DNA from: Candidatus Hodarchaeota archaeon
GTDB lineage: Archaea > Asgardarchaeota > Heimdallarchaeia > Hodarchaeales > Hodarchaeaceae
Assembly: GCA_029856365.1 (NCBI GenBank)
Contig: JAHQWW010000001.1
Coordinates: 81,548 to 145,547 of the forward strand
Direction of reading: 5' to 3'
Length of the DNA: 64,000 nucleotides
Position numbers and translations under genes: made by a program. The notes under the pieces were generated by a model. The model was not told where the DNA came from. It ran no database searches and saw nothing but the letters and a program-made list of their open reading frames with translations. Position 1 is the first letter of the stretch; the number at the start of each line of letters is the position of its first letter. Below are positions 38,538 through 48,968 of this stretch, one piece after another.

Positions 38538-40418
38538 TTAATTTCCTTCCTTTACAGTTGTTACGAATTCTTTTGCCTTTTCAATGTATTCAAGTGACTG
38601 ATGACGGAAATATGTGTCATACAACTTGGCATAATGCCCCTTTAATTGTATCAATTCATCATGATTTCCTTCTTCGACGATTTTACCATGGTCCAACACT
38701 ATGATGCGATCAACATGACGGACTGTCCAAAGTCGATGGGCGATGATAATACTTGTTCTCCCCTTAATTGTCTTTTCAAGAGCTTCCTGAATTCTTGTTT
38801 CGGTGAAGGGGTCGACAGAAGCCGTGGCTTCATCAAGTATAAGAATTGATGGATTTTCTAATAGTGTTCTTGCGAATACTACTAGCTGTCGCTGACCCAT
38901 TGACAAGAGAGTTCCTCTTTCACGAATGTTAGTTTCCAATCCATTAGGTAAATCATCAACCCAATCAGCTCCTCCAGCCTGTTCAAGAGCCCACAGTACT
39001 TCCTCTTTCGTAGCTGATGGCTTGGAATATTTAATATTGTTCTCAAGGGTGTCAGCCCAAAGAAATGGAGTCTGGGGAATGATGCCTATATGCTTACGAT
39101 AAAACTTTAGATTGAAGTTCCTGATACTGATTCCATCAATTGTTATATCTCCGTCCTGAAATTCATAAAATCGTGCTAATAACTTCGCTAAACTTGATTT
39201 ACCTGCTCCTGTATGACCAACAATTGCTAAAGATTCACCAGAGTTTATTTTTAACGAAAAATTGCTGAAAACTTTTGCTCGAGCTATTTCAGGAAGAATA
39301 TCTTGTTTTCCTCGATCAAGAACATCCGCACTTACCACATAGGAAAATCCCAAGTTCATGAACTCGATTTTTCCTCTTATCTTTTCAAGAACGAGATCCT
39401 CATCTTGTAAAACTGTCGGAGGAGTATCAACTAACGCAAAAATCCGTTCTGAGGCTGCTAAACCAGCTTGAAATGAGGGCCAAAATGATGCAATGGAGAG
39501 TAATGGAAAGAAAAATAACCATAGACTCTGTAAAAATAGATAAAAGTCACCTGCTTTGAGTTGTCCTCCTAAGGCACCTTCTCCTCCAATCCACATAATG
39601 AGAACTAAAGCAATCCCCTGCACAATGCTTAAGGCAGGAAAAACAAAATTGAAGACGTAGGCTCTTCGTAGATTAGCACGATAAGACTGCTCATTGACGC
39701 CATTAAACTTATTATACAGCTTTTGTTCTTGTCTAAATGTCTTAGCAATACTAATTCCAGAGACAGTTTCTTGAACAAAGCTATTAACAGTAGCGAGTGC
39801 TCGTTGTCCCTCTAATGTTCTTTTTCTGGCCACTTTTCTAAAAGCTAGCGCTATAATAAAAATAAAGGGTACCATGCCCAAAACCGTAATGGTTAATGGA
39901 ATATTGATAGTCAACAGTACTCCTAGGACTACAAAAACGATAAGAAAAGAAGAAATAAGCTGCATTGAGAGCTCTGCGGTCTGACCAAAATCCTGGCTAT
40001 CTGTATTGATTCGAGATACAATTTTCCCTGTTGGGTACTTATCATAGAAGGAAAGGTCATGGTTCAAGACGGCAGCATTAACATCTTGACGGAGTTTAAG
40101 GACTACATCTCCAATAACAAGTGAGGAATTTCTTTGTCTGAAATAATTAAAAATCCATCCAAATCCATTTAATGTGAAAGTAAGTAGGATTAAAAGTAAC
40201 AAGTAACTCCAATCTCTGGTCGATTCTAACTCATTGATAGCTTCACGCGATAGTAAAGGGCTAAGAGAATTAACAAAAGAAGTAAGCGTTAGAAAGATAA
40301 TTACCACAGACATCTGGAGTTTATGATCAACAAAATAGGAGACAATTCTACGAACGAGATCTCGATCCCTATAGATCCGATCGTACTCCTCGGAGCCCAA
40401 ACCTAATCCAAATCCCAC
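38538..40418 (-). CDS. ABC exporter, fused permease/ATPase subunit (type I exporter half-transporter)
   Basis: N-terminal 6-TM domain. GHTGAGKSS (Walker A), LSMGQRQ (signature), ILILDEATAS (Walker B). GTG start overlaps the upstream TAG by one nt. Confidence 0.9.
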   Translation of the reverse strand: MGFGLGLGSEEYDRIYRDRDLVRRIVSYFVDHKLQMSVVIIFLTLTSFVNSLSPLLSREAINELESTRDWSYLLLLILLTFTLNGFGWIFNYFRQRNSSLVIGDVVLKLRQDVNAAVLNHDLSFYDKYPTGKIVSRINTDSQDFGQTAELSMQLISSFLIVFVVLGVLLTINIPLTITVLGMVPFIFIIALAFRKVARKRTLEGQRALATVNSFVQETVSGISIAKTFRQEQKLYNKFNGVNEQSYRANLRRAYVFNFVFPALSIVQGIALVLIMWIGGEGALGGQLKAGDFYLFLQSLWLFFFPLLSIASFWPSFQAGLAASERIFALVDTPPTVLQDEDLVLEKIRGKIEFMNLGFSYVVSADVLDRGKQDILPEIARAKVFSNFSLKINSGESLAIVGHTGAGKSSLAKLLARFYEFQDGDITIDGISIRNFNLKFYRKHIGIIPQTPFLWADTLENNIKYSKPSATKEEVLWALEQAGGADWVDDLPNGLETNIRERGTLLSMGQRQLVVFARTLLENPSILILDEATASVDPFTETRIQEALEKTIKGRTSIIIAHRLWTVRHVDRIIVLDHGKIVEEGNHDELIQLKGHYAKLYDTYFRHQSLEYIEKAKEFVTTVKEGN

Positions 40419-42256
40419 TATGTCACCCCCATTTCTTTGAGTAGCTGTTCCTCTCTGAGATCAAAACGTTTTACGAAGATCTTTCGATATTCTTCACTTG
40501 TTTTGATTAATTCTTCATGAGTCCCTTGAGCAATGATGGTCCCTCGTTTCATAACCAAGATTAAATCTGCCCATCGGATCTGTGATAATCTATGAGTAAT
40601 TAAAAAAGTGGTTCTCCCCTTCAGAATATTTGATATCGCATACTGAATTTTGTCTTCTGTTTCAGAATCAATTGCACTTGTGCTATCATCAAGAATCAAA
40701 ATCTTCGGATCAGCCAAAAAAGCTCGAGCTATCGCCACACGTTGTCTTTCCCCACCACTAAGTTGAACTCCACGTTCCCCGACTTCCGTGTAATAACCTT
40801 TTGGGAATTTTGAAATGAAGTCATGGGCTTGGGCTTCCTTAGCTACTTTAATAACCTGATCAATTGAACCTGTTTTTCCAAAAGAGATATTCTCGAAGAC
40901 TGAAGAAGAAAATAAAAACACATCTTGTTCAATATAGGAGATTTGTGATCGTAAGGATTCAAGATGATAATCCTTGACGTCAACGCCATCAATAAGCACC
41001 TGGCCCTCTATAACATCATATAATCTAGAGATTAATTTAGTTAAAGTCGTTTTTCCTGCACCTGTTGTCCCGACGATTGCAACAGTCTGCCCAGGTTGGA
41101 CTTCAAAACCGATGTTGTGGAGTACTGGTTGAGACGAACCAGGATAGCTAAAAGTGACATTTCTAAACGAGATGCCTCCAACAATCTCTGCTGTACGTCC
41201 TTGAATGTTCTCATCAATATCAGATTCTGTGTTCATCACTTCCAATAATCTTTCTGATCCGGATATAGCAAGTCGTACTATGGAAAAAACCCAAATCGAG
41301 ATAAAAGTTGGAAATCGCAGGTTACCTAACAACCCTACATATGCAATTATCTGACCGATCTCCATTGATGGAACACCCTGAAGATTGAGAAAAATAGCAT
41401 GCCCAAGGCCAAAAGTAACAGCAAATGCAATCAATAAAAGTGGGAGGTAACGAGCCATAATGTAGCCTTGTTCGACAAACGCGTTTCGAAAGAGTTGGGC
41501 GTTTTTCAAATATTTTTTCGACTCATATTCTTCATTACTACTCCCCTTGACAACCTCGATGCCACTGAGTGTTTCATTGAGGATGGCATTCATTTGTCCA
41601 AATTCGCCTCTTAATCTAGCAGCGACTGGCCCTAATTTTCTTATGTAACTTCTCAAGGTGATCACAAAAAGAACAGTAAAGACGAGAGGTGCTAATAGTA
41701 ATTCCGTTGGGTAAAATAAGAAAATAAAGAGAATTGGAATGACAAGGGCAGAGAAGGATTCAAAAATTAATGATAAAGCGGGTGATATTAAAAAGTTGAG
41801 CATACGGACGTCGTTTGTAGTTCTTGCCATAATGTCTCCAATTTTCTGCTGGTCGTGGAAGCTCTGACTTTTTCCTAAAAGGTTGGTATAAAATTCCTGT
41901 CTCGTATCTCTCTCCATCCGTTGCGCCAGTGTCTCCCTGAGAAGATTGTTGACGAGATTCAGAAATGGACTGCCAACACCAATTATAAAAATTACTACAA
42001 CATATTGAAAAAGACGGTCTCCCATTCCCGCCATAAATTCATCAATAGCTACTCCTATGATAACCATCAAAGCAGAGTTTAATATAGAAGTGAGAATCGT
42101 GCCAAAAAAGATGATTAACACAAAAAATTTATTGGTTCCATGAAATATATGAGCAATGATCCAGCGTTTAGCCCCTTTTGACCTGATGTCACCAAAGGGG
42201 TCTTCTTTTGCTGTGAATTCCATTTTGTGGTTTTGTACTCTAGTCCCTGTAGCCAT
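40418..42256 (-). CDS. ABC exporter, fused permease/ATPase subunit (partner of the previous gene)
   Basis: 6-TM domain. GTTGAGKTT, LSGGERQR and ILILDDSTSA. Confidence 0.9.
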   Translation of the reverse strand: MATGTRVQNHKMEFTAKEDPFGDIRSKGAKRWIIAHIFHGTNKFFVLIIFFGTILTSILNSALMVIIGVAIDEFMAGMGDRLFQYVVVIFIIGVGSPFLNLVNNLLRETLAQRMERDTRQEFYTNLLGKSQSFHDQQKIGDIMARTTNDVRMLNFLISPALSLIFESFSALVIPILFIFLFYPTELLLAPLVFTVLFVITLRSYIRKLGPVAARLRGEFGQMNAILNETLSGIEVVKGSSNEEYESKKYLKNAQLFRNAFVEQGYIMARYLPLLLIAFAVTFGLGHAIFLNLQGVPSMEIGQIIAYVGLLGNLRFPTFISIWVFSIVRLAISGSERLLEVMNTESDIDENIQGRTAEIVGGISFRNVTFSYPGSSQPVLHNIGFEVQPGQTVAIVGTTGAGKTTLTKLISRLYDVIEGQVLIDGVDVKDYHLESLRSQISYIEQDVFLFSSSVFENISFGKTGSIDQVIKVAKEAQAHDFISKFPKGYYTEVGERGVQLSGGERQRVAIARAFLADPKILILDDSTSAIDSETEDKIQYAISNILKGRTTFLITHRLSQIRWADLILVMKRGTIIAQGTHEELIKTSEEYRKIFVKRFDLREEQLLKEMGVT

Positions 42257-42359
42257 GGAAGCTGTATCCTAATTAGTTCTGGAAGTGATATGCATTAAAT
42301 CCTAATATTATTGAAAAGCTTTGTAGGTATAGGCTTTTTCAATTTAAAAATAAAATTAG

Positions 42360-43100
42360 TCATGTTCTCAAATTCCAATTAATTTTCCTTGGATTATATC
42401 TAGGTTTGATAATAATCTCTGCAGTGTTTACATTTTCTGATTCAGAAATTAGATAGTAGCATGCATGAGCTACATCTTCAGGTTCCATACTCCAGTCTAC
42501 TTTTTCAGGTTTCTTTCCTCCGAAACCTGTGACCACACTGCCTGGACACACAACTGATACTTTTATCTTGTATTCCTTGAGATCCTCTCTTAATGACCAT
42601 GTATAGCCTACTACGGCATGTTTAGATGCAGCATACAATGTTCCTGTTTTAAATCCATTTTTACCTGCAATACTTGCAATATTGATGATTTGACCTGATT
42701 CTCGTGCCACCATATGGGGAACAACATATTTAGTAACGAGAAAAACTCCCTTGACATTGACATCAAACATATAATGGTAATCATCTAATGTAAATTCATC
42801 AGCTCGTTTGAATCGTGCTACTCCCGCGTTATTTATTAAAATATCAACTTTTCCAAACTGGTCAATTGTTTTATGGACTAAAGCTTTCACCTGTTCTTCA
42901 TTAGTAACATCGGTTGGAATAATCAAAGATTGTACATTGAATTCATCAATTTCTCTTTGTACCCGTTCTAATTGAGTTTTGTCCCTCGCAGCTAAAATCA
43001 AGCTTATATTATTATTTTTTGCAGCAAATTTTAAACTGATGGCCTTTCCAATACCCTTGGAAGCTCCTGTAATAATTGCGGTTTTTATCTTATCATTCAT
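42360..43100 (-). CDS. Short-chain dehydrogenase/reductase (SDR)
   Basis: TGASKGIGKA, NNAG and YAASK catalytic motif. Confidence 0.9.
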   Translation of the reverse strand: MNDKIKTAIITGASKGIGKAISLKFAAKNNNISLILAARDKTQLERVQREIDEFNVQSLIIPTDVTNEEQVKALVHKTIDQFGKVDILINNAGVARFKRADEFTLDDYHYMFDVNVKGVFLVTKYVVPHMVARESGQIINIASIAGKNGFKTGTLYAASKHAVVGYTWSLREDLKEYKIKVSVVCPGSVVTGFGGKKPEKVDWSMEPEDVAHACYYLISESENVNTAEIIIKPRYNPRKINWNLRT

Positions 43101-43196
43101 TAGTTTTCCTCCAGAATAGTAACAACTTACTTAATCAAAGTTAGAAATTTATTTGAGAAAAAAGTCGCGATAACAAAATCGTTATCCGTTATTCTT

Positions 43197-43658
43197 ATGA
43201 CGTTAATTAATTGGAGGAACCGACAAGTGGGTGATTCATTCACAATCAATATAGAAAAAACTGGCCCAATACAGTTCACAACTACATTCGATAAAGCTTT
43301 CCCTGAATTATTGTTTGATGAGGATAAAACAGTCGGGGGGGAAGATAAATACCCCAATCCTTCCAGAGTTTTAACTGCTGCAGTCGCCAGCTGTCTTTCA
43401 GCCTCTCTTACCTTATGTTTAAACAAATCGAGAATTCCAGTAGACCATATGAAAACTATAGCAACATGTTCAATAACAAACAATGCAGAAGGATATCAAA
43501 GAATAGCACAAATTGATGTGAAAATAATCCCAAAGTGGGATTCAGATATTAATATGAAAAAGAAAACTCGTTGTGCTAAGATTTTCAAAAATTTATGTGT
43601 GGCAACCAATGCAATAATTAATGAAGTTCCCGTCAATGTTGATGTCCAATTAGAGTGA
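43197..43658 (+). CDS. OsmC/Ohr-family protein
   Basis: YPNPSRVLTAAVASCLSASL and a second conserved Cys in FKNLCVATNAI. Confidence 0.7.
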   Translation: MTLINWRNRQVGDSFTINIEKTGPIQFTTTFDKAFPELLFDEDKTVGGEDKYPNPSRVLTAAVASCLSASLTLCLNKSRIPVDHMKTIATCSITNNAEGYQRIAQIDVKIIPKWDSDINMKKKTRCAKIFKNLCVATNAIINEVPVNVDVQLE

Positions 43659-43706
43659 GGATCATCACATACGATACAAGTTATCTTGTATATTCTATAA
43701 TTGTAA

Positions 43707-44576
43707 TTAAACTTCTTTCATTTCCACTTTTTTACCTATTGCAGCGTCATAATAAATTTTCCTTGGAGTACTTTCAAAGACTCCATTTGGGCAACGTTCA
43801 ACGCAAAGATTACATCCAATGCATTTTTCTTGTTCTATACTAGTAATTTGATTGCCAGGCTTCTTATCAATGGCTTTCGCATAACACGTTTGCAGACATA
43901 TATCACAATCTGGATCGCACCTGTCAGGATTAACCACCTGACTTATTGAAAAGGATGGTAAAAGGCCCCATCTAATTTCTGGGGTGTAAAGGCCAGCACA
44001 ATATTGATCACAGTTACAGATGCAATCAACTTTTGGTCTTAATCCCCATAATACAGTTCCGTAATGCCCGAGTTTTCGTTTCTCAATTATCATTTCTCTT
44101 GCTTCATCCAGATCTATGTATCTACCCTGTCCTTTGTCTTTCATGTGCTTTTTTCGATTGAATGTAGCATTATGATTAAGAAAGATACATCGTAAATCCT
44201 CTCCTCCTCCTGCTGACTTCTTACAAGAGCAATAGGAAAGATAAACATCCTGTGCATTATCTAATACTTGCATCATTTCATCAAGCGAAGTAACCACTTG
44301 CCCTCCGAGAAAATTTCGAGTAAAATAGTTATAGAAAGCTTTTTTCAAGCCAGTAAAAGGTTTTCTATTTACACCTCCTGACTCTGCAATATCTGTTGTT
44401 GCTCCATCTACAAATCCTTGCAATTTCGGAGAATAAAAATCGTACCAAAGTTCACGGAATCGTCCAGGAAGAATCTTTAGAAATCTTCCAGATCGAATAT
44501 CATAGGATTCCTTTTGAAGATACCAAGCCTTTCGAGTATGTTCAAAACAGTATTTACACATAGTGAAGCCATCCAT
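43707..44576 (-). CDS. Cys-rich Fe-S protein with C-terminal 4Fe-4S ferredoxin-type motifs
   Basis: CIGCNLCVERCP and CDPDCDICLQTC, plus CICNCDQYC and SYCSC clusters. No precise family recognised. Confidence 0.55.
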   Translation of the reverse strand: MDGFTMCKYCFEHTRKAWYLQKESYDIRSGRFLKILPGRFRELWYDFYSPKLQGFVDGATTDIAESGGVNRKPFTGLKKAFYNYFTRNFLGGQVVTSLDEMMQVLDNAQDVYLSYCSCKKSAGGGEDLRCIFLNHNATFNRKKHMKDKGQGRYIDLDEAREMIIEKRKLGHYGTVLWGLRPKVDCICNCDQYCAGLYTPEIRWGLLPSFSISQVVNPDRCDPDCDICLQTCYAKAIDKKPGNQITSIEQEKCIGCNLCVERCPNGVFESTPRKIYYDAAIGKKVEMKEV

Positions 44577-44605
44577 ACATCTAGAATTTCATTATCTTTT
44601 TCAAT

Positions 44606-45358
44606 CTATCGACTGGCTAATCCTCCTGCAATCTCACCTCCATCAATCACAAAACATTGCCCAGTAATGAACTTTGCTTCGTCAGAAGCGAGAAATGCAA
44701 AGAGAGATGCCACTTCTTCTGGTTGGCCAAGCCTACCTAAGGGAATTTTACTTTCACATTCAGGCAGCGTATCAGGTGTGTATTCTGCTTCCTGCATTGG
44801 TGTTAGAATGTAACCAGGGCAGATAACGTTTACACGTACTGTAGGGGCTAATTCTAGTGCCATTGAACGAGTTAATTCAATAACACCTGCTTTTGAAGCA
44901 TTATAATCAGCATAATAAGGATATCCCATAATACCATTAGTTGAACCCATGTTTAAAATAACTCCACCCCCATTTTCTAACATTCTTCGTGCTGCCTGTT
45001 GGGCTACAAAGAACATACCATTCAGGTTAACGTCCATTATGCTTAGCCATTCTTCAGGGGTTATTTCCATAAAGGGATGTCTGATACTGATTCCAGCATT
45101 GTTAATCAAAATGTCTAATCCTTCCAGCATATTATCTAATTCTTCGAATGCATGGGCTACAGCTTTGTAATTCGAGACATCGGCCCCAATGGTGCCGCTT
45201 AGTGCAGGTAATTTTTCCTCAATTTGCTGACGAGTCTCATCATTAATATCCAATACAACAACACAGGCTTCTTCTTCTAAAAAACGCGTTGCTGTTGCTG
45301 CACCGATACCCCTCGCTCCACCAGTAATGAGAACCCGTTTATCTTTTAATCCACGCAT
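44606..45358 (-). CDS. Short-chain dehydrogenase/reductase (SDR)
   Basis: ITGGARGIGAAT, NNAG, YNASK. Trimmed to ATG 45358 (MRGLKDKRVL, preceded by AAGGAG). The longer track ORF to 45565 would overlap the upstream gene. Confidence 0.9.
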   Translation of the reverse strand: MRGLKDKRVLITGGARGIGAATATRFLEEEACVVVLDINDETRQQIEEKLPALSGTIGADVSNYKAVAHAFEELDNMLEGLDILINNAGISIRHPFMEITPEEWLSIMDVNLNGMFFVAQQAARRMLENGGGVILNMGSTNGIMGYPYYADYNASKAGVIELTRSMALELAPTVRVNVICPGYILTPMQEAEYTPDTLPECESKIPLGRLGQPEEVASLFAFLASDEAKFITGQCFVIDGGEIAGGLASR

Positions 45359-45374
45359 GATTTTCTCCTTATCC

Positions 45375-47240
45375 TTATGATTTATTTTCAAGTTTAGGAA
45401 AGAACAGTCCTTCTGTAAAAAAAGACTGGAAATTTGGAAATCTTGTGAGTTCGAGGCGTTCCACGCTTGTCGCAATAGTATTTGCTGTCTTACGAGCATC
45501 CATGGACAATAAGAAGGTTCTTCCTCCTTTTTCTGCAGTGTTCCCTTGAATAATGAAACATTCATTGGGTAAATTAGGTAATAAACCGATAGTTTTTACA
45601 CTGTTAATATTTAAATTAGAACCAAATACACCAGCAATATTAACCGAGTCAATCTCTTCAATCCCTATGTTTAGATGAGTAGTTAATGTTCGGATAGCTG
45701 CTAGTGTTGCTGCTTTTGCTTTCTGGATTGCCTCAACATCTTTTCGGGTCAGATAAATCGCCTGATTTGTTGAAGTTTTTTGAGCTGGAACAAGAATAAT
45801 TTTCTTTATTAGTTCACCTGATTCAGTAAAGAGCCGCCCTCGGTAATCTAATTGGCCATTGACTAAAAGTTCCGCAAGAATGTCAACAATTCCAGTTCCA
45901 CAAATTCCTTTAGGTTTTGTTAACTGTATGGTTTGATATTGATAATCAGTATTCACAATTTTGAATTTTTCAATAGCTCCTGCCACTCCTCGCATACCAC
46001 AAGCAATATGTTGTCCTTCAAAAGCACCCCCTGCTGCTACTGATGCAGCATATAGATTACTATCTTTCGAAAGGATTATCTCTGAATTCGTTCCGAAATC
46101 AATGAGTAAATGGATTCCTTCTTTTTGATTGAAACCTGTATAAAGAATATCTACTACAGCATCTGATCCGATAAATCCACCTATTAAAGGGGGCATGGTA
46201 ATAATAGCATTAGGTAACTTGGATAGGTTTTTCTCTTTATCTATGTCTGTACTGAAAAACGACAATTCCTTGGAGATGACAGGAACAAATGGGGCACGAG
46301 ATAATCCTGTAACTGGCAGATTTAGGAATAAATGGTGCATTGCAGAGTTACCAACGACGATTACCTCGTAAATATTAGTAGGAGAAGAGTCTGACGATGA
46401 AGTCAGACTTATTAACAGCTCTGAAATACCACTAAGGACTTTATTTTGTAACTGTTGTTGCTTAAAGGGCGAAGCTAAAGCATAAGTTAACCGAGACATA
46501 ATGTCTCTTCCAAACTCAATCTGTGGATTAATGATAGAATCTGCACCAAGAATGATTCCTTTTTCAAGATCAATTAAAGTAGCTACAATAGATGTTGTTC
46601 CCACATCAATAACAGCACCGAGAAGTTGAGGTTTCTGCTTATTTATTTCAATCAGTTTGCTATCTTGTCTATCAATAACAGTGAAGACTTCTCCATTCTC
46701 ACCTCGTAGTGTATGAGCTATTCGAGAGAGAATTTCAGGATTGATAACTGGTGGTGGCTTTGTTGTTAGTTCTTCATTAGCACTTAATAAACGTGAAAAG
46801 TCATCCTGAGCATTTTCCAATGTAGAAAGTGGTACTGATAAATTTTGAACGAATAATCTAGGGTGAAACGGAAAATTCAGCTGATAATTACTGTAAGAAT
46901 CTTGAATTTTGAATATATTGTCTTGATACTCGCTTAAATCCAAAATTGTGATCTTTAAATCTACATCTCCTGGAATTACCTGACACGCTAAACGAATATC
47001 TTTGAAAATAGCATCTCCTAATAACTGTTTTTCAACATTAGTTGGAGGATTCATTTTTCTAGCTGCTGCTGAATCAAGTGTTAATTCACCTGAAATATGA
47101 ATCCGACACTTACCACATTTTCCATTCCCTTTACATAATGAACTGATAACATTCTTCTTGATTCCATCATGAATAATGGTTAGGAGGTTATTTCCATTTG
47201 GTGAGAAATGAAGAATTTGGTTTAAATTAGTGATTTCCAA
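45375..47240 (-). CDS. RACo-like corrinoid reductive activase (2Fe-2S ferredoxin domain plus ASKHA/DUF4445 ATPase)
   Basis: N-terminal CKGNGKCGKCRIHI...RLACQV (plant-type 2Fe-2S). IDVGTTSIV and IDFGTNSEI phosphate-binding motifs of an ASKHA fold. TTG start. Confidence 0.7.
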   Translation of the reverse strand: MEITNLNQILHFSPNGNNLLTIIHDGIKKNVISSLCKGNGKCGKCRIHISGELTLDSAAARKMNPPTNVEKQLLGDAIFKDIRLACQVIPGDVDLKITILDLSEYQDNIFKIQDSYSNYQLNFPFHPRLFVQNLSVPLSTLENAQDDFSRLLSANEELTTKPPPVINPEILSRIAHTLRGENGEVFTVIDRQDSKLIEINKQKPQLLGAVIDVGTTSIVATLIDLEKGIILGADSIINPQIEFGRDIMSRLTYALASPFKQQQLQNKVLSGISELLISLTSSSDSSPTNIYEVIVVGNSAMHHLFLNLPVTGLSRAPFVPVISKELSFFSTDIDKEKNLSKLPNAIITMPPLIGGFIGSDAVVDILYTGFNQKEGIHLLIDFGTNSEIILSKDSNLYAASVAAGGAFEGQHIACGMRGVAGAIEKFKIVNTDYQYQTIQLTKPKGICGTGIVDILAELLVNGQLDYRGRLFTESGELIKKIILVPAQKTSTNQAIYLTRKDVEAIQKAKAATLAAIRTLTTHLNIGIEEIDSVNIAGVFGSNLNINSVKTIGLLPNLPNECFIIQGNTAEKGGRTFLLSMDARKTANTIATSVERLELTRFPNFQSFFTEGLFFPKLENKS

Positions 47241-47422
47241 GCGTGGAATGGTTATTCCCTTCTATAAATAGTACGGATTAACTCCAAATTACAACAACAC
47301 TTCTTCTGAATGTTTATAGTTGCCCCATTCTCTAGGCTTATTAATCCCTGTTTGTTACTCAACTATGAAGTAAGTTTTCGCATTTTGATATGTCACCTTT
47401 TGCTAAAACAGCAGACGAGAGT

Positions 47423-47454
47423 GGGATGAATCGTCCTCTGGACATATTCATCCC
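47423..47454. promoter_or_regulatory. 9-bp perfect inverted repeat with 14-nt spacer in a divergent intergenic region
   Basis: GGGATGAAT-n14-ATTCATCCC, between the RACo-like gene (start 47240) and the DUF504 gene (start 47549). Confidence 0.2.
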
Positions 47455-47548
47455 CTAAGGTTTTCTTGAAAATAGAATATTAACGAATCAGTTATTAAAT
47501 TATTTTTTATTTTGCTGTTTGCTACTGAATAAAAAGGATTAATGAGAG

Positions 47549-47833
47549 ATGACGAAGAAAGGGGAAATTAAAGAATGGCTGTCACGTATTCAATATGGTT
47601 CGAAGAACTCTCAAGATTTTACAATTATTTTCCGTGATTTCAATGAATACATCGAACTTTCCTTTGAAGAATTTATGGAACGGCGCCGAATAGATAGTAT
47701 ACCTTTACATAGAATCTCTCAGGTACGTGAGCAAGGGGTTCCAGTTTTCACCAGACCAAATTTCTGCTCGAGTTGTGGTAACCCTCTAGAAGCGAATAAA
47801 TGTCGAAACTCTCAATGTCCAAAGCCTGTATGA
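47549..47833 (+). CDS. DUF504/UPF0248-like protein with C-terminal Zn-ribbon
   Basis: DFTIIFRDFNEYIELSFEEF...IPLHRISQVREQGVPVF resembles the UPF0248 pattern (IPxHRI). C-terminal CSSCGN...CRNSQC. Confidence 0.5.
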   Translation: MTKKGEIKEWLSRIQYGSKNSQDFTIIFRDFNEYIELSFEEFMERRRIDSIPLHRISQVREQGVPVFTRPNFCSSCGNPLEANKCRNSQCPKPV

Positions 47834-48035
47834 AATAGCAAGAACTTTATCATAACAATTCAAAAATTATGTGATCAAAATTCCTCTTAATCCAGCGAAA
47901 GTAAATTATTACTGGAATTCAACTTCCACTATCTTTATGTTTAAAAAATTGGATGAAATTATCGTACATATTACGTTATACTCTTTGGTGAACGTTAATC
48001 ATCACTAAAATTCTTAACAAAAGAGTGACTCTAAG

Positions 48036-48968
48036 ATGGAAACTGAAATTATTGTCACGGATTCTCTGACAAAGTTTTATGGAAAAATTCGAGGTATTGA
48101 AGATATTTCGGTGAAAATTCCCAGTGGAGGTGTTGGATTTCTCGGGCCGAATGCAGCAGGGAAAACTACCCTCATTCGGACGTTACTCGGTATTATTCGG
48201 CCGACACGGGGTAGTGCACAGGTGCTAGGATACGACATTCGCCATGAAATCAATGAGGTTCGAGACCGAATTGGATATGTGCCAGAATTTAACACTTCTT
48301 TCATTCCTGATACAACCGCTATGAGTTTTGTGGCATTTTGCGGCCGAATGAATGGTTTATCCTATCCTGAAAGTAAACAACGAGCAAGTGATAGCTTATT
48401 CTACGTTGGGTTGGGCGAAGAGCGTTACAGAAAATTTGACACCTTTTCTCTTGGAATGAAACAAAAGGTAAAATTAGCTGTTGCCTTGGTGCATGATCCA
48501 GAAATTATTATTTGTGACGAACCAACCAATGGATTAGATCCATCTGGACGTGTCCAGATGCTAGAATTAATTCGAAATTTACAGATTGATGAAGGGAAAA
48601 ATGTTATTCTTAGTTCCCATCTCCTTCGTGACGTCGAAAAAACCACTGATTATGCATTGGTCATATCAGAGGGAGAAATTCTTGCTAAAGGGAATATTAG
48701 GGAGTTAACAGCTAATAAGCGTTCAACAGTGAGTGTAAAAGTGAAATCAAAGTATAATGATCTCCTAGAAGCACTTGAAGTTAACGGATTGAATGTATGG
48801 ACTGATGGAGCGTTTATTGAGGTTGAAAAAACCCCTGCTGTTGAAAAGGAAATTTTCATAATCGCTAATCGGATAGGAGTTGATATCAGATATCTAGGGA
48901 GTCGGTCAAGAAGCCTGGAGGATGTATTTGTGAGCTTATTTAAAGAACAGGAGGTTCAAATTCATTGA
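48036..48968 (+). CDS. ABC transporter ATP-binding protein (ABC-2 type)
   Basis: GPNAAGKTT (Walker A), FSLGMKQK (signature variant), IIICDEPTNGLD (Walker B). Confidence 0.9.
   Translation: METEIIVTDSLTKFYGKIRGIEDISVKIPSGGVGFLGPNAAGKTTLIRTLLGIIRPTRGSAQVLGYDIRHEINEVRDRIGYVPEFNTSFIPDTTAMSFVAFCGRMNGLSYPESKQRASDSLFYVGLGEERYRKFDTFSLGMKQKVKLAVALVHDPEIIICDEPTNGLDPSGRVQMLELIRNLQIDEGKNVILSSHLLRDVEKTTDYALVISEGEILAKGNIRELTANKRSTVSVKVKSKYNDLLEALEVNGLNVWTDGAFIEVEKTPAVEKEIFIIANRIGVDIRYLGSRSRSLEDVFVSLFKEQEVQIH

Noticed and set aside
43127-43483. 118-aa minus-strand ORF overlapping the OsmC-like gene
   Set aside because: It is antisense to an ORF with recognisable OsmC motifs. It has no motif of its own and no ribosome-binding site.
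45359-45565. N-terminal 69-aa extension of the SDR ORF (track ORF 44606-45565)
   Set aside because: The extension overlaps the 3' end of the RACo-like gene and has no SDR homology. ATG 45358 with AAGGAG upstream gives the canonical TGGxxGIG N-terminus.
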